From contig NC_043002.1 in the NCBI RefSeq assembly GCF_006345805.1, positions 119,102,001-119,166,000 on the forward strand: a stretch of DNA of 64,000 nt, written 5' to 3'. The notes under the pieces are model-generated. The model searched no databases and was not told the origin of the DNA. It was given only the letters and a program-made list of their open reading frames with translations. Source of the DNA: Octopus sinensis. Lineage: Eukaryota. This document shows positions 36,035 through 49,399 of this stretch, piece by piece (position 1 is the first letter of the stretch; every line of letters starts with the position of its first letter). A program made the position numbers and the translations under genes.

Positions 36035-37275
36035 TATTTAATTTATATTTATTTATATTTTATCTAGTTTCAGCTCACGAGCTGTGGCCATGCTGGGGCA
36101 CCGCCATTCAGTGTTGCTACATGATTTTACTTCACGAATGCTTTATAGCAATTGCCATTTGGTGCATGAGAGAGTTCGATGCAGCTGCCCTCATCTGCAC
36201 CCCCTGCCGTGAAGTTGGTTCATCTGGGACACCTGACAGGAAGAGATCCAGTTTTATTTTAAAGACATCTGCATCAACCCCATGCAGGTCTCTCAGGTCC
36301 TTCGGGAGGATATTGAAGAGCTGTGGACCTCTGAAGCCCAGGCTATCACAGTATCTTGTCCTACATCTTGATGGCAAATTTGGAGTCCTTGGCATTATGC
36401 AGTGGCGCTCAGTTCTGGCATTTGTGTAACTCTCGATGCCAAAGTTTGGGACAAGTCCTTCTTGGATCTTCCAGATGTATATTATGGCATATCTTTCTCG
36501 CCTACGCTCTAAGGAATAGAGTTTTAATCTCTTGAGTCTTTCCCAATAGCTTATATGCTGCATAGAGGCTATCTTCTTCGTGTAGCTTCGTTGGATCGCC
36601 TCAAGTTCTGTGATTAATTTGACACTGGATGGTAACCATAGATGAGAGCAATAGTCAAAGTGGCTTAGGACAAGTGTCCTCCAGAGGACCATCATGGTTT
36701 CCTGGTCTCTTGTTCTAAAGGCTCTAAGAATCCATCCGGTCAGCCGCCTACATTTCATTGCCAATTTAGCAACATGCACATGAAAGGTTGCATCATTACT
36801 CATGTAAATACCCAGGTCTCGCACGGATTGTGCCTCTGGGATTGCAATCCCTCCAGGTCCATTGTATTTATTGGGTATTGCATTTAGTTTTTCATGCTGA
36901 TAGCATAAAGCTTGAAACTTTTCAGCATTGAACTGCATGCTATTCTTTTCAACCCACTTGTATATTTTGTCCAGCTCGCATTGCAGGTGCACAGTGTCTT
37001 CAGGGTTCTGTATTACCTGTAAAACTTTTGTATCATCTGCGTAACTTGTGATCGTGGCTCTCTGCGTGGCTGAGGGCATGTCCGACAGGGCCATTATGAA
37101 CAGTAGTGGTCCCAAAACAGTGCCCTGCGGAAAACCGCTCACTATTTGCGTGTTAATGGAGGTGGCCCCATTGGCTACTACCACCTGACTTCTATCCTTC
37201 AGAAAGTCATGAAGACATTCTCCCAATTTTCCAACTATGCCAAGATCACGCAATTTGTGACATATCATTCCATGA
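36035..37275 (-). mobile_element. 5'-truncated CR1-clade LINE with an open 378-aa RT C-terminal ORF (36132-37268) and intact 3' end
   Basis: PQGTVLGPLLF, YADDTK, VRDLGI, YWERLKRLKLYSLERRRER motifs; 3' UTR then AT-rich short-repeat tail. Confidence 0.92.
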
Positions 37276-38179
37276 TCGACTTTATCAAAGCATTCTACGA
37301 ACCGATTCCTCGACGCGGTTTCATTTCCTGTTTCAAATAAATTTGTTTAATTAACGCCAATATCAACTAAAGAACTAAAACTACCCTCCTTATCTTCCCG
37401 CAAATATAAGGCTTTTGTGAAAGATTTGAAATAATTCAATCCTAGTTAAAACAATACAGTATTATAGTACCGAACTGTAGACGTAACAGCCAAGCTGTTG
37501 TTTTAGCTGAGTTTGCAGCCTTGGTCCAAACACTTGATTAATTCCAATCGAAATCATATTTTTCATTAATATTGCTGTGAAAGATATGAATCTATAAATG
37601 TGTGCATTGTGCCAACGTAAGAGACCAGTTTTAATTTATACTGATTATAAGCACATATTAATATTATAAGCGCAGATTAACAGTAGCTAATATGATAATA
37701 TAATAACATTTAACAGTTTCTTGTGTGTAATATATTTATTTGTTTAAACTCAATGACTATAATATCCATTAGTTTGCTATTACTTAATTGATGAGCTTTC
37801 AATAATGCTTAAAAGGTCAGTTATCGAAGTCAGAGGTCATGACTGAGTAACCACTGTATATAATTAATGTATAATATGTCGACCTCAAAGGGATAAAATA
37901 GTTGCAGGCATGACTGCAACGGTACAGTTCTACGTTCGATTCCCTTGCATGGTACTTTGGGTAAGTGCCATCTTACAATAGCACCAGGTTGATGAATACC
38001 ACCTGAAAGGAATTCTCTAGACAGAAACTGTATGGAAATTCATCGGGGGACCATTCCAGTTCTTGAGAGGCTAACTTATTTTGTCATTTAGTTTAACATT
38101 ACTACATTAACCTTTTGGTGCCTTTAGTGGAGTCCACTCTGCGGTAAGCATTCGGGCCAAGACGGTAGTCTGAGGATAG

Positions 38180-38300
38180 CTGCCTTCTTTCCTTCCTTCC
38201 TTCCTTCCTTCCTTCCTTCTTCCTTCCTTCCTTCCTTCCTTCCTTCCTTCCTTCCTACCTTCCTTCCTTCCTTCCTTCCTTCCTCCCTTCCTTTTTTCCT
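38180..38300. repeat. (CTTC)n microsatellite
   Basis: Direct reading. Confidence 0.95.
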
Positions 38301-38379
38301 TCCTGAGTTTTGTCTTTTCTCTGACTGGAATACAAGAAGTACTAATCAACATCGGTGAGATTTTAGCATAAAACCAAGA

Positions 38380-38799
38380 GGCGCAGGAGTGGCTGTGTGG
38401 TAAGTAGCTTGCTAACCAGCCACATGGTTCCGAGTTCAGTCCCACTGCGTGGCATCTTGGGCAAGTGTCTTCTACTATAGCCCCGGGCCGACTAATGCCT
38501 TGTGAGTGGATTTGGTAGACGGAAACTGAAAGAAGCCCGTCGTATATATGTATATATATATATGTATGTATGTGTGTGTGTTTGTGTGTCTGTGTTTGTC
38601 CCCCTAGCATTGCTTGACAACCGATGCTGGTGTGTTTACGTCCCCGTCACTTAGCGGTTCGGCAAAAGAGACCGATAGAATAAGTACTGGGCTTACAAAA
38701 AGAATAAGTCCCGGGGTCGAGTTGCTCGACTAAAAGCGGTGCTCCAGCATGGCCGCAGTCAAATGACTGAAACAAGTAAAAGAGTAAAAGAGTAAAGAG
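38380..38799 (+). mobile_element. SINE family B (well-preserved copy)
   Basis: tRNA-like head GGCGCAGGAGTGGCTGTGTGG...GGTTCCGAGTTCAGTCCC, internal microsatellite, (AAAGAGT)n tail. Confidence 0.93.
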
Positions 38800-40097
38800 G
38801 TACGAAGTTAGATACTAACATAATCCGTTGCTCTGCTACTTCTATTAACTAATTACTCTAACATGATTACGAATACTGGTTTCTATATCACGTGATATTA
38901 TCAAGGGTGTAGCGTGACAAAACAACTGAGCACATGACTATCCCTCTAAGTTTTGAGTTCAATTTCTACATTGCCTTCCATCAATCTTTTACCATTGTGT
39001 ACCAGTGATATGTTAGAAGCAAGTCAATCAAAAATATCCTTATTTGCAAATATACTAACCTGTATCAGTATAAAAGGCCAATTTTGGTTTGTATTGTGTC
39101 TGTGTAAAAGTTCTACGTCATAGAGGCAGGGGAAGTGAGGATTAGTGATTCCATGCCTTATCCAGTGAAATTAGCTAAAGAAAAGGGATTCAGCTTGGAA
39201 TCAGAACTAGCTTGCAGACTCGGCTCCTCGGGAGCTTAATTCTTCCTCAAAGCTACTCGTTATGTATTACTTATTAATACCTTCATGTAAACGAAGAATG
39301 AATTTTCGATTACGCCATAATATCAGGTCTCACAGGTAATATTCTGCCACTATTCGTTAATTTCTTTCCCTATAGTTAAGACTCAAGTGGATGAAAAAAA
39401 AAAAACCAAAAAAAGCAACAAAACACAAAAAACAAAACAGACACAAAACAAACAAACAAGCAAACAAACAACTCAGATTGATTGTCTGCCAGAATATGAA
39501 GACTCTGCGAGTGAAAGACATCGATTATATCAACCATCCAATCAGCTTGTCACATAATAATCAAAAATGATTTAATTTGCATTTTTATCAGCTTTCCATT
39601 TATTATGCGCGTAATTCTTTAAACGTAGGAAGCTTGCCCGTGTATTAGTATACGATTAGTGAGTTGGTTTCTCTTTAGTAATATATTGTATAAATATTCC
39701 TATTTTATTTTTACTGATTAATATACTATTTTGCAAACCGATTTGCTATCATTCAGAGAATAACTCTTTGATGTTTTATATCGTAGTAAAACGACAATTT
39801 CATACCGCGAGTTATATAATATAAGAGCATTATATAATTTACGTATGGCACCTTAATGATATTTGATATTAACATAAGTTAGGTGCATACACATTACATA
39901 TGAAAGCAACTACTACTCAGAAGCAACGCACTGTAAATATACTGTATGTTATAAACGCGAGAATTGCATTGCATACAGAGTACAGTTAAATGCATTTCTG
40001 GCAGTATTTATACGGTTATCGATTCGAAAGTTAACACACTAAAATCGATTTCTTCTTCCTCTCAATTTGCGTTGCTTTTTGAAACAACTGTTTCAGG

Positions 40098-40149
<52 letters not shown>

Positions 40150-40157
<8 letters not shown>

Positions 40158-40410
40158 GTTTAAATATTTGTTGTGCAAGATTTTTTATGTGAAGTCGTGT
40201 GTTGAAACAGATATTGTTATATTGTTATATTTTTTCGTATACAAAGGACCACTGATGCGGTCACAGGAGTGTGACGAAAGAACTTTGGCCGAAATAAGAT
40301 TAAGATTAATGTAAAAAATAATATCACTGAAGCAAAATAACACCAAAATATAGTGCGTGTGTTTTTATTGGCTAAACTGGCAATATGACCATTCCGAAAT
40401 ATAACAATAT
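40150..40410. mobile_element. (TA)n-flanked repeat with an internal inverted segment and a degenerate hammerhead (40246-40290); related fragment at 8975-9065
   Basis: ATTTGTTGTGCAAGATTTTTTATGTGAA shared with 8980. The end GGCTAAACTGGCAATATGACCATTCCGAAATATAACAAT is the reverse complement of the 9030-9065 type sequence. Confidence 0.55.
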
Positions 40411-40414
40411 ATAT

Positions 40415-40468
<54 letters not shown>

Positions 40469-42696
40469 ATATATATAATATATATATATACATACATACA
40501 TATACATATATAATATTATATTATATTGTATATATATATATATATGTTATACATGTCTTCCCGAGGACAAAGAACATTTTCTACATGCAACAGTACCGCA
40601 AACTGCTGCCATAGTATTCTTACTGGTGACGGCGACAACAACGTATCTGTTACTGTAGAGTTTCGGTCAGTTCTAGCTGAAGCGATGTTTACAACAGTGG
40701 ATACTTGTTAGCCCAATATTAGACAACAAAGAAAAAAGTGAAGCATCGTTGGTGTTTGGTGCAGATTAGCTCCCTCTGCAGTTTTATGTTTCTATAAATC
40801 ATATTGAGAAATCCTGCTTTCAACGTTGAAAGTAATACTGGCTCAATAGAAGCAAGGTTTACTCACGAGAAATGTATCAAAGTACATATTCATTAATTTG
40901 CCAGATTTTGTCGGGACAATCATTGGTTCATCGTATTTCTGACATCAAGAGTGACAAGGCAGCGTCTAATCTATGAACTCTGAATAGCACCGGAATTTCG
41001 CCGTTGTATACACTTTCCGCCGCTGAATGGTGTATGATATAAACACACACACAAAGACGTGCACGCATACACGCATGCACACATATACGCATATACACAC
41101 ACATATATACATACACACATGTACATATATACATACAGAAATACACATACACACATGCACATACACATATACAAACTATTTCTCTGTGTAGAAACGGAGT
41201 TGACCGAGAAGAGGTACGTTCACGAAAGGCTTCTCGTGAAGTGGCTTTCAGGATGGAGTTTAGCTATGAAGAAGGCCAAACAAAATAAAACAGCCGCGGA
41301 CCAACATCTGTGGGTATATTTAAGGGAGACAAATGAGCAGGTGACACTGCTGATTGACAAAAATGTTCTCAATCAAAAGCACGAGGTTTTGATAAGGTGA
41401 CAGTGTTGGCCATCAAATAAGACAAGTCCTAGCGAAGGGCTACAGCTGAACCCGTTGCTGGTGGAAGATCCGAACAGCTTGGCCAACTGTGGCTATAGAA
41501 CAGGCTGCCAGTAATCCTGCATTTGGCTTCTGTACTGCACTACCCTCAGCTGAGTTTGTAGTTAGGCGACTGAGTTTGTATTTTGGAGGTTGCAGTCGGT
41601 TCCCTCAATCAAGCGGATGGTACCCGTCAAATTCAAATTCTCAAAATAAAAGCAAATGGAGCGAGATAATTTATAGGATCGAGAAACCGACGATGATACG
41701 CGCACGCACATACGCACGAACACGCACACACCTACACGCACACACACACATACACACATCTTAGGGTTCCACACCGTTTCAGTGCCCTCACTAGGTGGTT
41801 GTCAAACTGAGGTCAAGGTAGAAGACATTTTCTCCATGTGCTATGCATTTTCCTCGAACTCGGAGTCACGCAGTTACAAATCGAACTTTTCAAGTACACA
41901 GCCACGCCTGCGAAGAATGAGCTGAGTTTTTCGCCATCATAAGAACAGAAGACATCACTATACAAGTTTAGATCTTGTTGATATATTTCATAAACTCGGA
42001 TTAGCTTTGATTGAGTAGATGTATAATGCAAGTGTTGAAGTGGCAGAATCGTTAGAACATCGGAGAAAATGCCTTGCTGTATTTGTTTTGATTCTTTATG
42101 TTCTGATTTCAAATCCTGCTAAGGTCAAATTTCGTTTTTCATCGTTCCAGGGTTGATAAAATGAAGTCCAAATCCAAGACGGTGAATTGCTGGGATTTTT
42201 ACAGGATTGAGTAAAAATTAAAAATGTCGAGTGAAAAAAATATCAGAGATTGTCTATGTTAGTGTATGTTGCTTTCTTGGTGGCAAAACCGAGCAGATAA
42301 ATTCTTTAAACTTAGGAAGCTTGGCCGTATATTAGTATACAATTAATGAGTTGGTTTCTCATTATGACAGCTCTAGCTTTCTTCTTAATATTTGTATATA
42401 GTACCAATGCACTATTTTTTAAGATGATGTGAGGGAGATCTGGTTGTTATTTGTAGTAGGTTGTGTAATCTCGTGGAGACTTACTCGTTGCTTCGTGATG
42501 AACGGGAGAAATGAGAGGTGGTACGATTGAATGTTAGAGTGAAAGTATTGAAAGACAATTAAAGACAATGTTTGTGCATTATTGAACACATATATACTGT
42601 TTTTACTGCTGATAAGGTGTTGAACTCGTAAGACGACTCTCCAAAAAATTTCTGTTTCCGCCTAACATTCATAGTCCGTGTCACTATAAGTCTATT

Positions 42697-43084
42697 GTGG
42701 AGGCGCAATGGCCCAGTGGTTAGGGCAGCGGACTCGCGGTCGTAGGATCGCGGTTTCGATTACCAGACCGGGCGTTGTGAGTGTTTATTGAGCGAAAACA
42801 CCTAAAAGCTCCACGAGGCTCCGGCAGGGGATGGTGGTGATCCCTGCTGTACTCTTTCACCACAACTTTCTCTCACTCTTACTTCCTGTTTCTGTTGTAC
42901 CTGTATTTCAAAGGGCCGGCCTTGTCACTCTCTGTGTCACGCTGAATATCCCCGAGAACTACGTTAAGGGTACACGTGTCTGTGGAGTGCTCAGCCACTT
43001 ACACGTTAATTTCACGAGCAGGCTGTTCCGTTGATCGGATCAACCGGAACCCTCGTCGTCGTAACCGACGGAGTGCTTCCATTC
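42697..43084 (+). mobile_element. Young tRNA-Arg-derived SINE (body B, tail T1)
   Basis: 11-bp TSD ATAAGTCTATT at 42686-42696 and 43085-43095. Confidence 0.93.
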
Positions 43085-43614
43085 ATAAGTCTATTATAAA
43101 ATTTTGGATTGCTTCATATCTTTTACATCGTTATGAAACACCACCGTTTCAAAAAAAAACCCCAAAAACTTTTACTCTTTCGTTAATATATTTCTAAAAT
43201 AGTTATAAATTTCCACTGAATTCATAAGACAGCTATAACTTATTTATTTATTTATTGATATATTCAAACTTGTTTTATGCAATCTTTCACAGAATTTTTC
43301 TCACATAACCAATCTTCACTCGGTTATTTAAATTTTGCTTAAACATTATCATATAAAATGAAATTTTAGCCATTATATTATATTATACTATATAACTTAT
43401 TATATTTATTGCAAAAATGTTCTTATTTCTTTCAGTTTGTCTACCTTTTTTCTTTGCTTATATTTTATGAAGAAATCCGCCTCCGTTTATTATTATTATT
43501 TGGAACACATGAATTAGAACAAGAAAGAGTTTTGAATCATGAGGATGACTAGGTTTGGTTACTTCAGAAAATTTTCGAAGTGAAATATTTCTTACATGTT
43601 TGGTCGGGCGCTGT

Positions 43615-43659
<45 letters not shown>

Positions 43660-43664
<5 letters not shown>

Positions 43665-43889
43665 TTTATTTATTACCCACAAGGGGCTAAACATAGAGTG
43701 GACAAACAAGGACAGACATAGGTATTAAGTCGATTACATCGACCCCAGTGCGTAACTGGTAGTTATTTAATCGACCCCGAAAGGATGAAAGGCAAAGTTG
43801 ACCTCGGCGGAATTTGAAATCAAAACGCAACGGCAGACGAAATACGGCTACGCATTTCGCCCGGCGTGCTAACGGTTCTGCCAGCTGGC

Positions 43890-43892
<3 letters not shown>
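43660..43892 (-). mobile_element. SINE family A, full length, inside an (AC)n tract
   Basis: Reverse complement of 62228-62460. Confidence 0.88.
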
Positions 43893-43987
<95 letters not shown>

Positions 43988-44856
43988 CTCTCTCTCTCTC
44001 TCTCTCTCTCCTCCCTTTCTCTCTTACACACATATTGCAGATACATGTCTAGTGTGTATAATGAAGATGTGTATTTACCCGTGTATCATCAGCGTTTGTT
44101 CCTGAAAATGTGTATTACGAACATGAGTTAAAAGTAGTTTAAAGAGAAAGTATTCGCTGATGATTTTGTTGTTTAACTCCATGAAAACTCTAACTGGGTT
44201 GAGATACGATCAAAAGTGTTCCAGTCGCGACCGTTACGTTTTTTTTCAAAGTCAGTGATCAGCTCTGACGAAACCGGTATAACTTTGACTTTCTATAATG
44301 ACTCATAATAATGATTTTTATATTTCTTAATTCTACCTTAAATCATTTATTTGTATGTATATATCTTTGTTTTAATTTTCAAAGAAAAGCTATTACTTTT
44401 ATACGTAATGTGTATTTTCTTTGTTTCTGTTTACTTTTCCCCTATTTATACACCGTGAGTCTTTTTTCTTTGAAACCTCTTTCTATTACATACATGCATA
44501 CATATGCATGATATATTAGATCTCTGTAACATAAGGCAATAAAGTGTTCCCTTGATGATCCATTGCAATTAGGCATCTAAAAGCACATGGAACATCTAAT
44601 GCTGAGTTCCAAATAAATGTAATGGTGAAATACACGTAAGGATAGAATATTTACATTTCTGTTTGTCTTTATTTTTCACTATATGTATGTATACACTCAA
44701 ACTTACACAGACACATATTAAGAACTATCATTTCAATATCCTTTTATTTACTCTTTCTTTATTAAGTACTTTAAATTGTGATCTTCCCAGTTTTTGAAAA
44801 CAATAATATGCAACAATGTATATATGTATATATATATATAATATATATATATATAT

Positions 44857-45533
44857 ATAACTAATGTAGGATAAAAATTTTTTTCGGGAAAAAAATTTTA
44901 TCAATGGCCAGCATATCAAAAAATACTTTTAAAGGTTAACTTCATAAATAATTTACAAAATGAGGGCAGAAGAAAAATTCTAATGCCAAATATGCCAAAA
45001 AAAGACAAAAATTGTCAATAACTATTATAATTTATGCGTCTCAAAACAAACCGATAGAAATTTCTAAAAAATCCGTTATTACCGTATTGGTCCCAATTTC
45101 GGGGTTAATTCATAAGAATTTCCCCCTCTTCAGCGATAAATACGTGATATATAAGTGAAATACTTACTCATATCCATGGAAAAAGCAAGCACTAAGTCCC
45201 GAGCAGACCTAAGTACCCCAAATATATTCCAAAAAGAAAATCTTCGGCCCATCTCGAGACACGTATGATTCGAACTAGAAACTTTCACAGAGTGAGAGAA
45301 TCCAGAAGTGAACTATTCAATTTATAACTAATGTAGGATAAAATTTTTTTCCGGAAAATTTTTTTATCAATGGCCAGCATATCAAAAAATACCTTTAAAG
45401 GTTAAATTTATAAATTATTTACAAAATGAGGGCAGAAGAAAAATTCTAATGCCAAATATGCCGAAAAAAAGACAAAAATTGTCAATAACCATTATAATTT
45501 ATGCGTCTCGAAACTAACCGATAGAAATTTCTA
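44857..45533 (-). repeat. 1.45 tandem copies of a 467-bp non-coding unit containing a canonical hammerhead
   Basis: ~210-bp direct repeats at 44857-45066 and 45324-45533 (period 467), next to (TA)n. Confidence 0.88.
45074..45144 (-). ncRNA. Predicted type I hammerhead ribozyme, canonical core
   Basis: Minus strand: CGTATT-TATCG CTGAAGA GGGG[18 nt]CCCC GAAA TTGG GA CCAA TA/CGGTA-ATAACG; all three stems pair; AUA site between 45085 and 45084. Confidence 0.85.
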
Positions 45534-45534
45534 G

Positions 45535-45716
45535 ATAGATAAAACTTACTTGGAAATGGATGCGTGGCGTTCGATCATATAATAACAAAATAATATATAA
45601 ACATATGTATATATACATACATATATGTACATACCTACATCTATATGTATATATATATTATTTTGTTATTATATGATCGAACGCCACGCATCAATTTCCA
45701 AGTAAGTTTTATCTCA
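45535..45716. repeat. Inverted repeat, ~62-bp arms around an AT-microsatellite spacer
   Basis: GATAAAACTTACTTGGAAAT...ATAACAAAATAATAT versus ATATTATTTTGTTAT...ATTTCCAAGTAAGTTTTATC. Confidence 0.9.
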
Positions 45717-46379
45717 ATAATTATGATACGCATTCTTAACTACTACTAATTCTCTTCTGTCTGTCTCTCTCCCTCTCTTGTTATTCATCCTTTCTGGTTT
45801 TCTCTCCCACCCTTCCCTATTCTTCTCCTCTCCCTTTCACCGTTCCCTCTCTCTTACTCCCCTCCTCCCTCTCGTCACTGACATGCGACCTGAGGGAAGC
45901 CATCTTTCCGACTGCTATTTCAACGAGTCAACACGGCTTATCCTGTCCTTCTCATAAGCTGTCTTCTCAATGCAGTCAAATTAATTTTTCCATCGTCTTG
46001 GCTTAACAGCCCTCATCGTTTGTTTTTACTGTGTTATTCTCCTTGTCCTATCTTTTACAGTTTTTATTTGTATTGTTTTTACTGTCCTGTTCTTGCTACC
46101 ACTTTCACCCTCCGCAAAAAATCCCAAATTTTATTAAATTTGCTTTGCGGGAAGGACTGTTTCAACAAAGTCGCGTCTTGTCCTTACCTTCGTAATGCGG
46201 AGTAGACGAAACAGGGACAACTGAAGAAGAGGAATATTCCTTGTGTTGTATGTCTTGTACTCTGTTTTTTCGTTGTTTGAAAAAATGTCCGTTTCCATGT
46301 TTTTGTTTTTATGTTTTCGTTTCTCATTGTGTTCAACGTTTATATATATATATATATATATATAGATATATATATATAA

Positions 46380-46417
<38 letters not shown>

Positions 46418-47689
46418 ATATAATATATATGTGTGTGTGTGTGTGTGTGTGCATGAATACATATATACACAATTAGATATACAGAAAAGCATATACGCAT
46501 AGATGTGTACACTCACACGCCGCACACATACATATATAGAAACAGTGTGATTACTGCCATCATTATATCATTCAACGGAATAATAAATGAAAGAATTTAG
46601 CTTGGCTGTAAACGAAAGTGATAAAACAAACCGAAAAAGAAAAAAATGGCGGTAGTAAGTGATCAATAGAACAGACATGTCTCTGAGTAAGGATTGCTTT
46701 ACGCCTCTATATTCATATATCATACAATTTAGGTCAGGCAACCATCTGGTTATCCAATGAAAATCGTTTCAACATCGCTTTTAGATTAACTAGTTACACC
46801 TCATTCCTCCACCCCCACCAAATTATATTTCCCTGTAGAAGTTCTTTAAAATACGTTTTGTACAAATCTTTTTGCCTTCATTTGGATCATCCTGCCTTTG
46901 ATTTTCCGATTTCTATAGTGAAATTAAAAACATGAAATCTATCCAATTATTTCTTATCATAATTCATTAGTTTATTTCAGAGGCATATATTTAGAAAAGC
47001 ATAACCTGGTAAATGAGATGTTGTGATAGTCATGCCTTTCGAGAAGGCATTAGCGTCATGTATGACGTGTAATAAACCAACCGGAGATTGAAACTGCGTG
47101 CGATCAAGGCTTGGCGACAGTAGACATTCTGTTCTATGACCATCGCTATTCAACCCAAGGTTAGCTCTGAATGAGTATAGTCTTTATCAAAGGGGTCCAG
47201 TTATGGCCATCTAGTATTTGTTTAAAGTATAATCTCTCTATGACTACATTATCCTCGATATGCATGACATCCTTTACTTTTTGAAGACGGTAGGGTGTGA
47301 CTTAAGAGAGATTTAATAATGCTTGGCAACTTAGCTTCAAGAATTCCGGAACGAATATTGAATGGTATTTAGTTTTGCCCTCTATCATATCTGTCAATTT
47401 CAACTTTGTTCATAGAATCAAGTTTGATTTCCTACGTAAGTATATCTCGAATTTGTGGAAAGATCAACCGATATTTACGACACATGGGCTTTATTTTATT
47501 GACCCCCAGAATGAAAAAATAGGGCAAGTTGATCTCGTTGAGATTTGAACTTAGAAACGTAATTAGTTAAATGACAGTGGATGAATAAATGAGACGATAT
47601 CGAGATACAAATAGTCTGAAAATTTCAGTCATCAACAAGGATTAACCTAAACACTGTTCTTGATATATATGTATATATGTATATATGTC

Positions 47690-48415
47690 AAAGGAATTGC
47701 GACGACGAGGGTTCCATGGATCCGATCAACGGATCAGCCTGCTTGTGAAATTAACGTGCAAGTGCTGAGGAATCCTCAAGGTGCAGGAGTGGCTGTGTGG
47801 TAAGTAGCTCGCTTCCCAACCACATGGTTCCGGGTTCAGTCCCACTGCGTGGCACCTTGGGCAAGTGTCTTCTACTATAGCCTCGGGCCGACCAAAGCCT
47901 TGTGAGTGGATTTGGTAGACGGAAACTGAAAGAAGCCCGTCGTATATATGTATATATATATATGCGTGTGTGTGTTTGTGTGTCTGTTTGTCTCCCTAGC
48001 ATTGCTTGCAACCGATGCTGGTGTGTTTATGTCCCCATTACTTTGCGGTTCGGCAAAAGAGGTCGATAGAATAAGTACTGGGCTTACAAAAGAATAAGTC
48101 CCGGGGTCGAGTTGCTCGATTAAAGGCGGTGCTCCAGCATGGCCGCAGTCAAATGACTGAAACAAGTAAAAAAGTAAAGAGCATGCGTAATATTAACGCA
48201 GTTCTAAGGGGGTGGGGAGAGGATTCAGCGTGATACAGAATGCTGAAAACTGGCTCTTTGGATCATAGGTTCTATTCATTTTTATCAGCTGAGTGAACTA
48301 GAGCAGGGTGAAATAAAGTGTCTTGCACAGGACTCAATGCACCACTGGGAATCGATCTCACGACCTTACGAATGTGAGCCGAACATTCTAACCACTAAGT
48401 CACACATCTTCATGA
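47690..48415 (-). mobile_element. CORE-like/T1-type SINE variant interrupted by SINE B
   Basis: Reverse complement of 49400-49700 once 47780-48180 is removed. Confidence 0.8.
47780..48180 (+). mobile_element. SINE family B nested in an older SINE, no clear TSD
   Basis: Matches 38380-38799. Confidence 0.9.
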
Positions 48416-48790
<375 letters not shown>

Positions 48791-48796
48791 ATGCGC

Positions 48797-48940
48797 GTAT
48801 TACTCAGAGTTTCACGTTCCCGTTCGTCTGACAACTGTCCGCGAACGGGAACATGAAACTGAGTAACAGTTCTATGCTAATATAATAAATATATTACTCT
48901 ACCTTTGGTATTTGAGTACAATTTTTACACCTTGTTTTGT
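48797..48940. mobile_element. Palindromic double-hammerhead element, degenerate; same family as 21028
   Basis: Minus: CAGACGA ACG-GGAA-CGT GAAAC TCT GAG TA. Plus: CTGT CCG-CGA ACG-GGAA-CAT GAAAC TGAG TA/ACAG. Downstream ATATTACTCTACC...GGTATTTGAGTAC is shared with 21158-21185. Confidence 0.6.
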
Positions 48941-49399
48941 ACTTATGTGCCCATTTATATATATGTACACACACACACACACACACACATACACACACAC
49001 ACATACATACATGACCTAAGTAGTAGACTTACAAACAGGGCATATTCATCTATTTTCCTTACTAATTTGCATACTATATGTATTTAATACTTTATTTAAT
49101 ATCAGCGGCCTCTTAACAGGGTTCTCAGTCTAAACAATATCAAGGTATCATGTGATATATGTAACCTACGCAGTAGACATATAAACTGAACAAATGTAAT
49201 TATTCTTCTGTAGATTGAAAAAAATAATGAACAGACTTAATGGATTATCGAGCCTTACTGGGTTCTCAGCAGAGGTGTCTACTTCACTTGACCGGTCCCA
49301 GAGAAGCAAGCAGCTAATCTGTTTATATATACAGCAATTTAAGTAGCTTATGTGTGTGTGTGTGTGTGCGTGCATGCGTGCGTGTTTGTGTGTATTTTA

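Noticed and set aside
41200-41221. Possible 22-nt micro-exon (TGTGTAG/AAACGG...GAAGAG/GTACGT)
   Set aside because: Cannot be distinguished from chance without transcript data.
46160-46250. GACGAAACAGGGACAACTGAAGAAGAGG hammerhead-like words
   Set aside because: The core halves are in the wrong order and spacing, with no NUH site or closing stems; at most a decayed repeat terminus.
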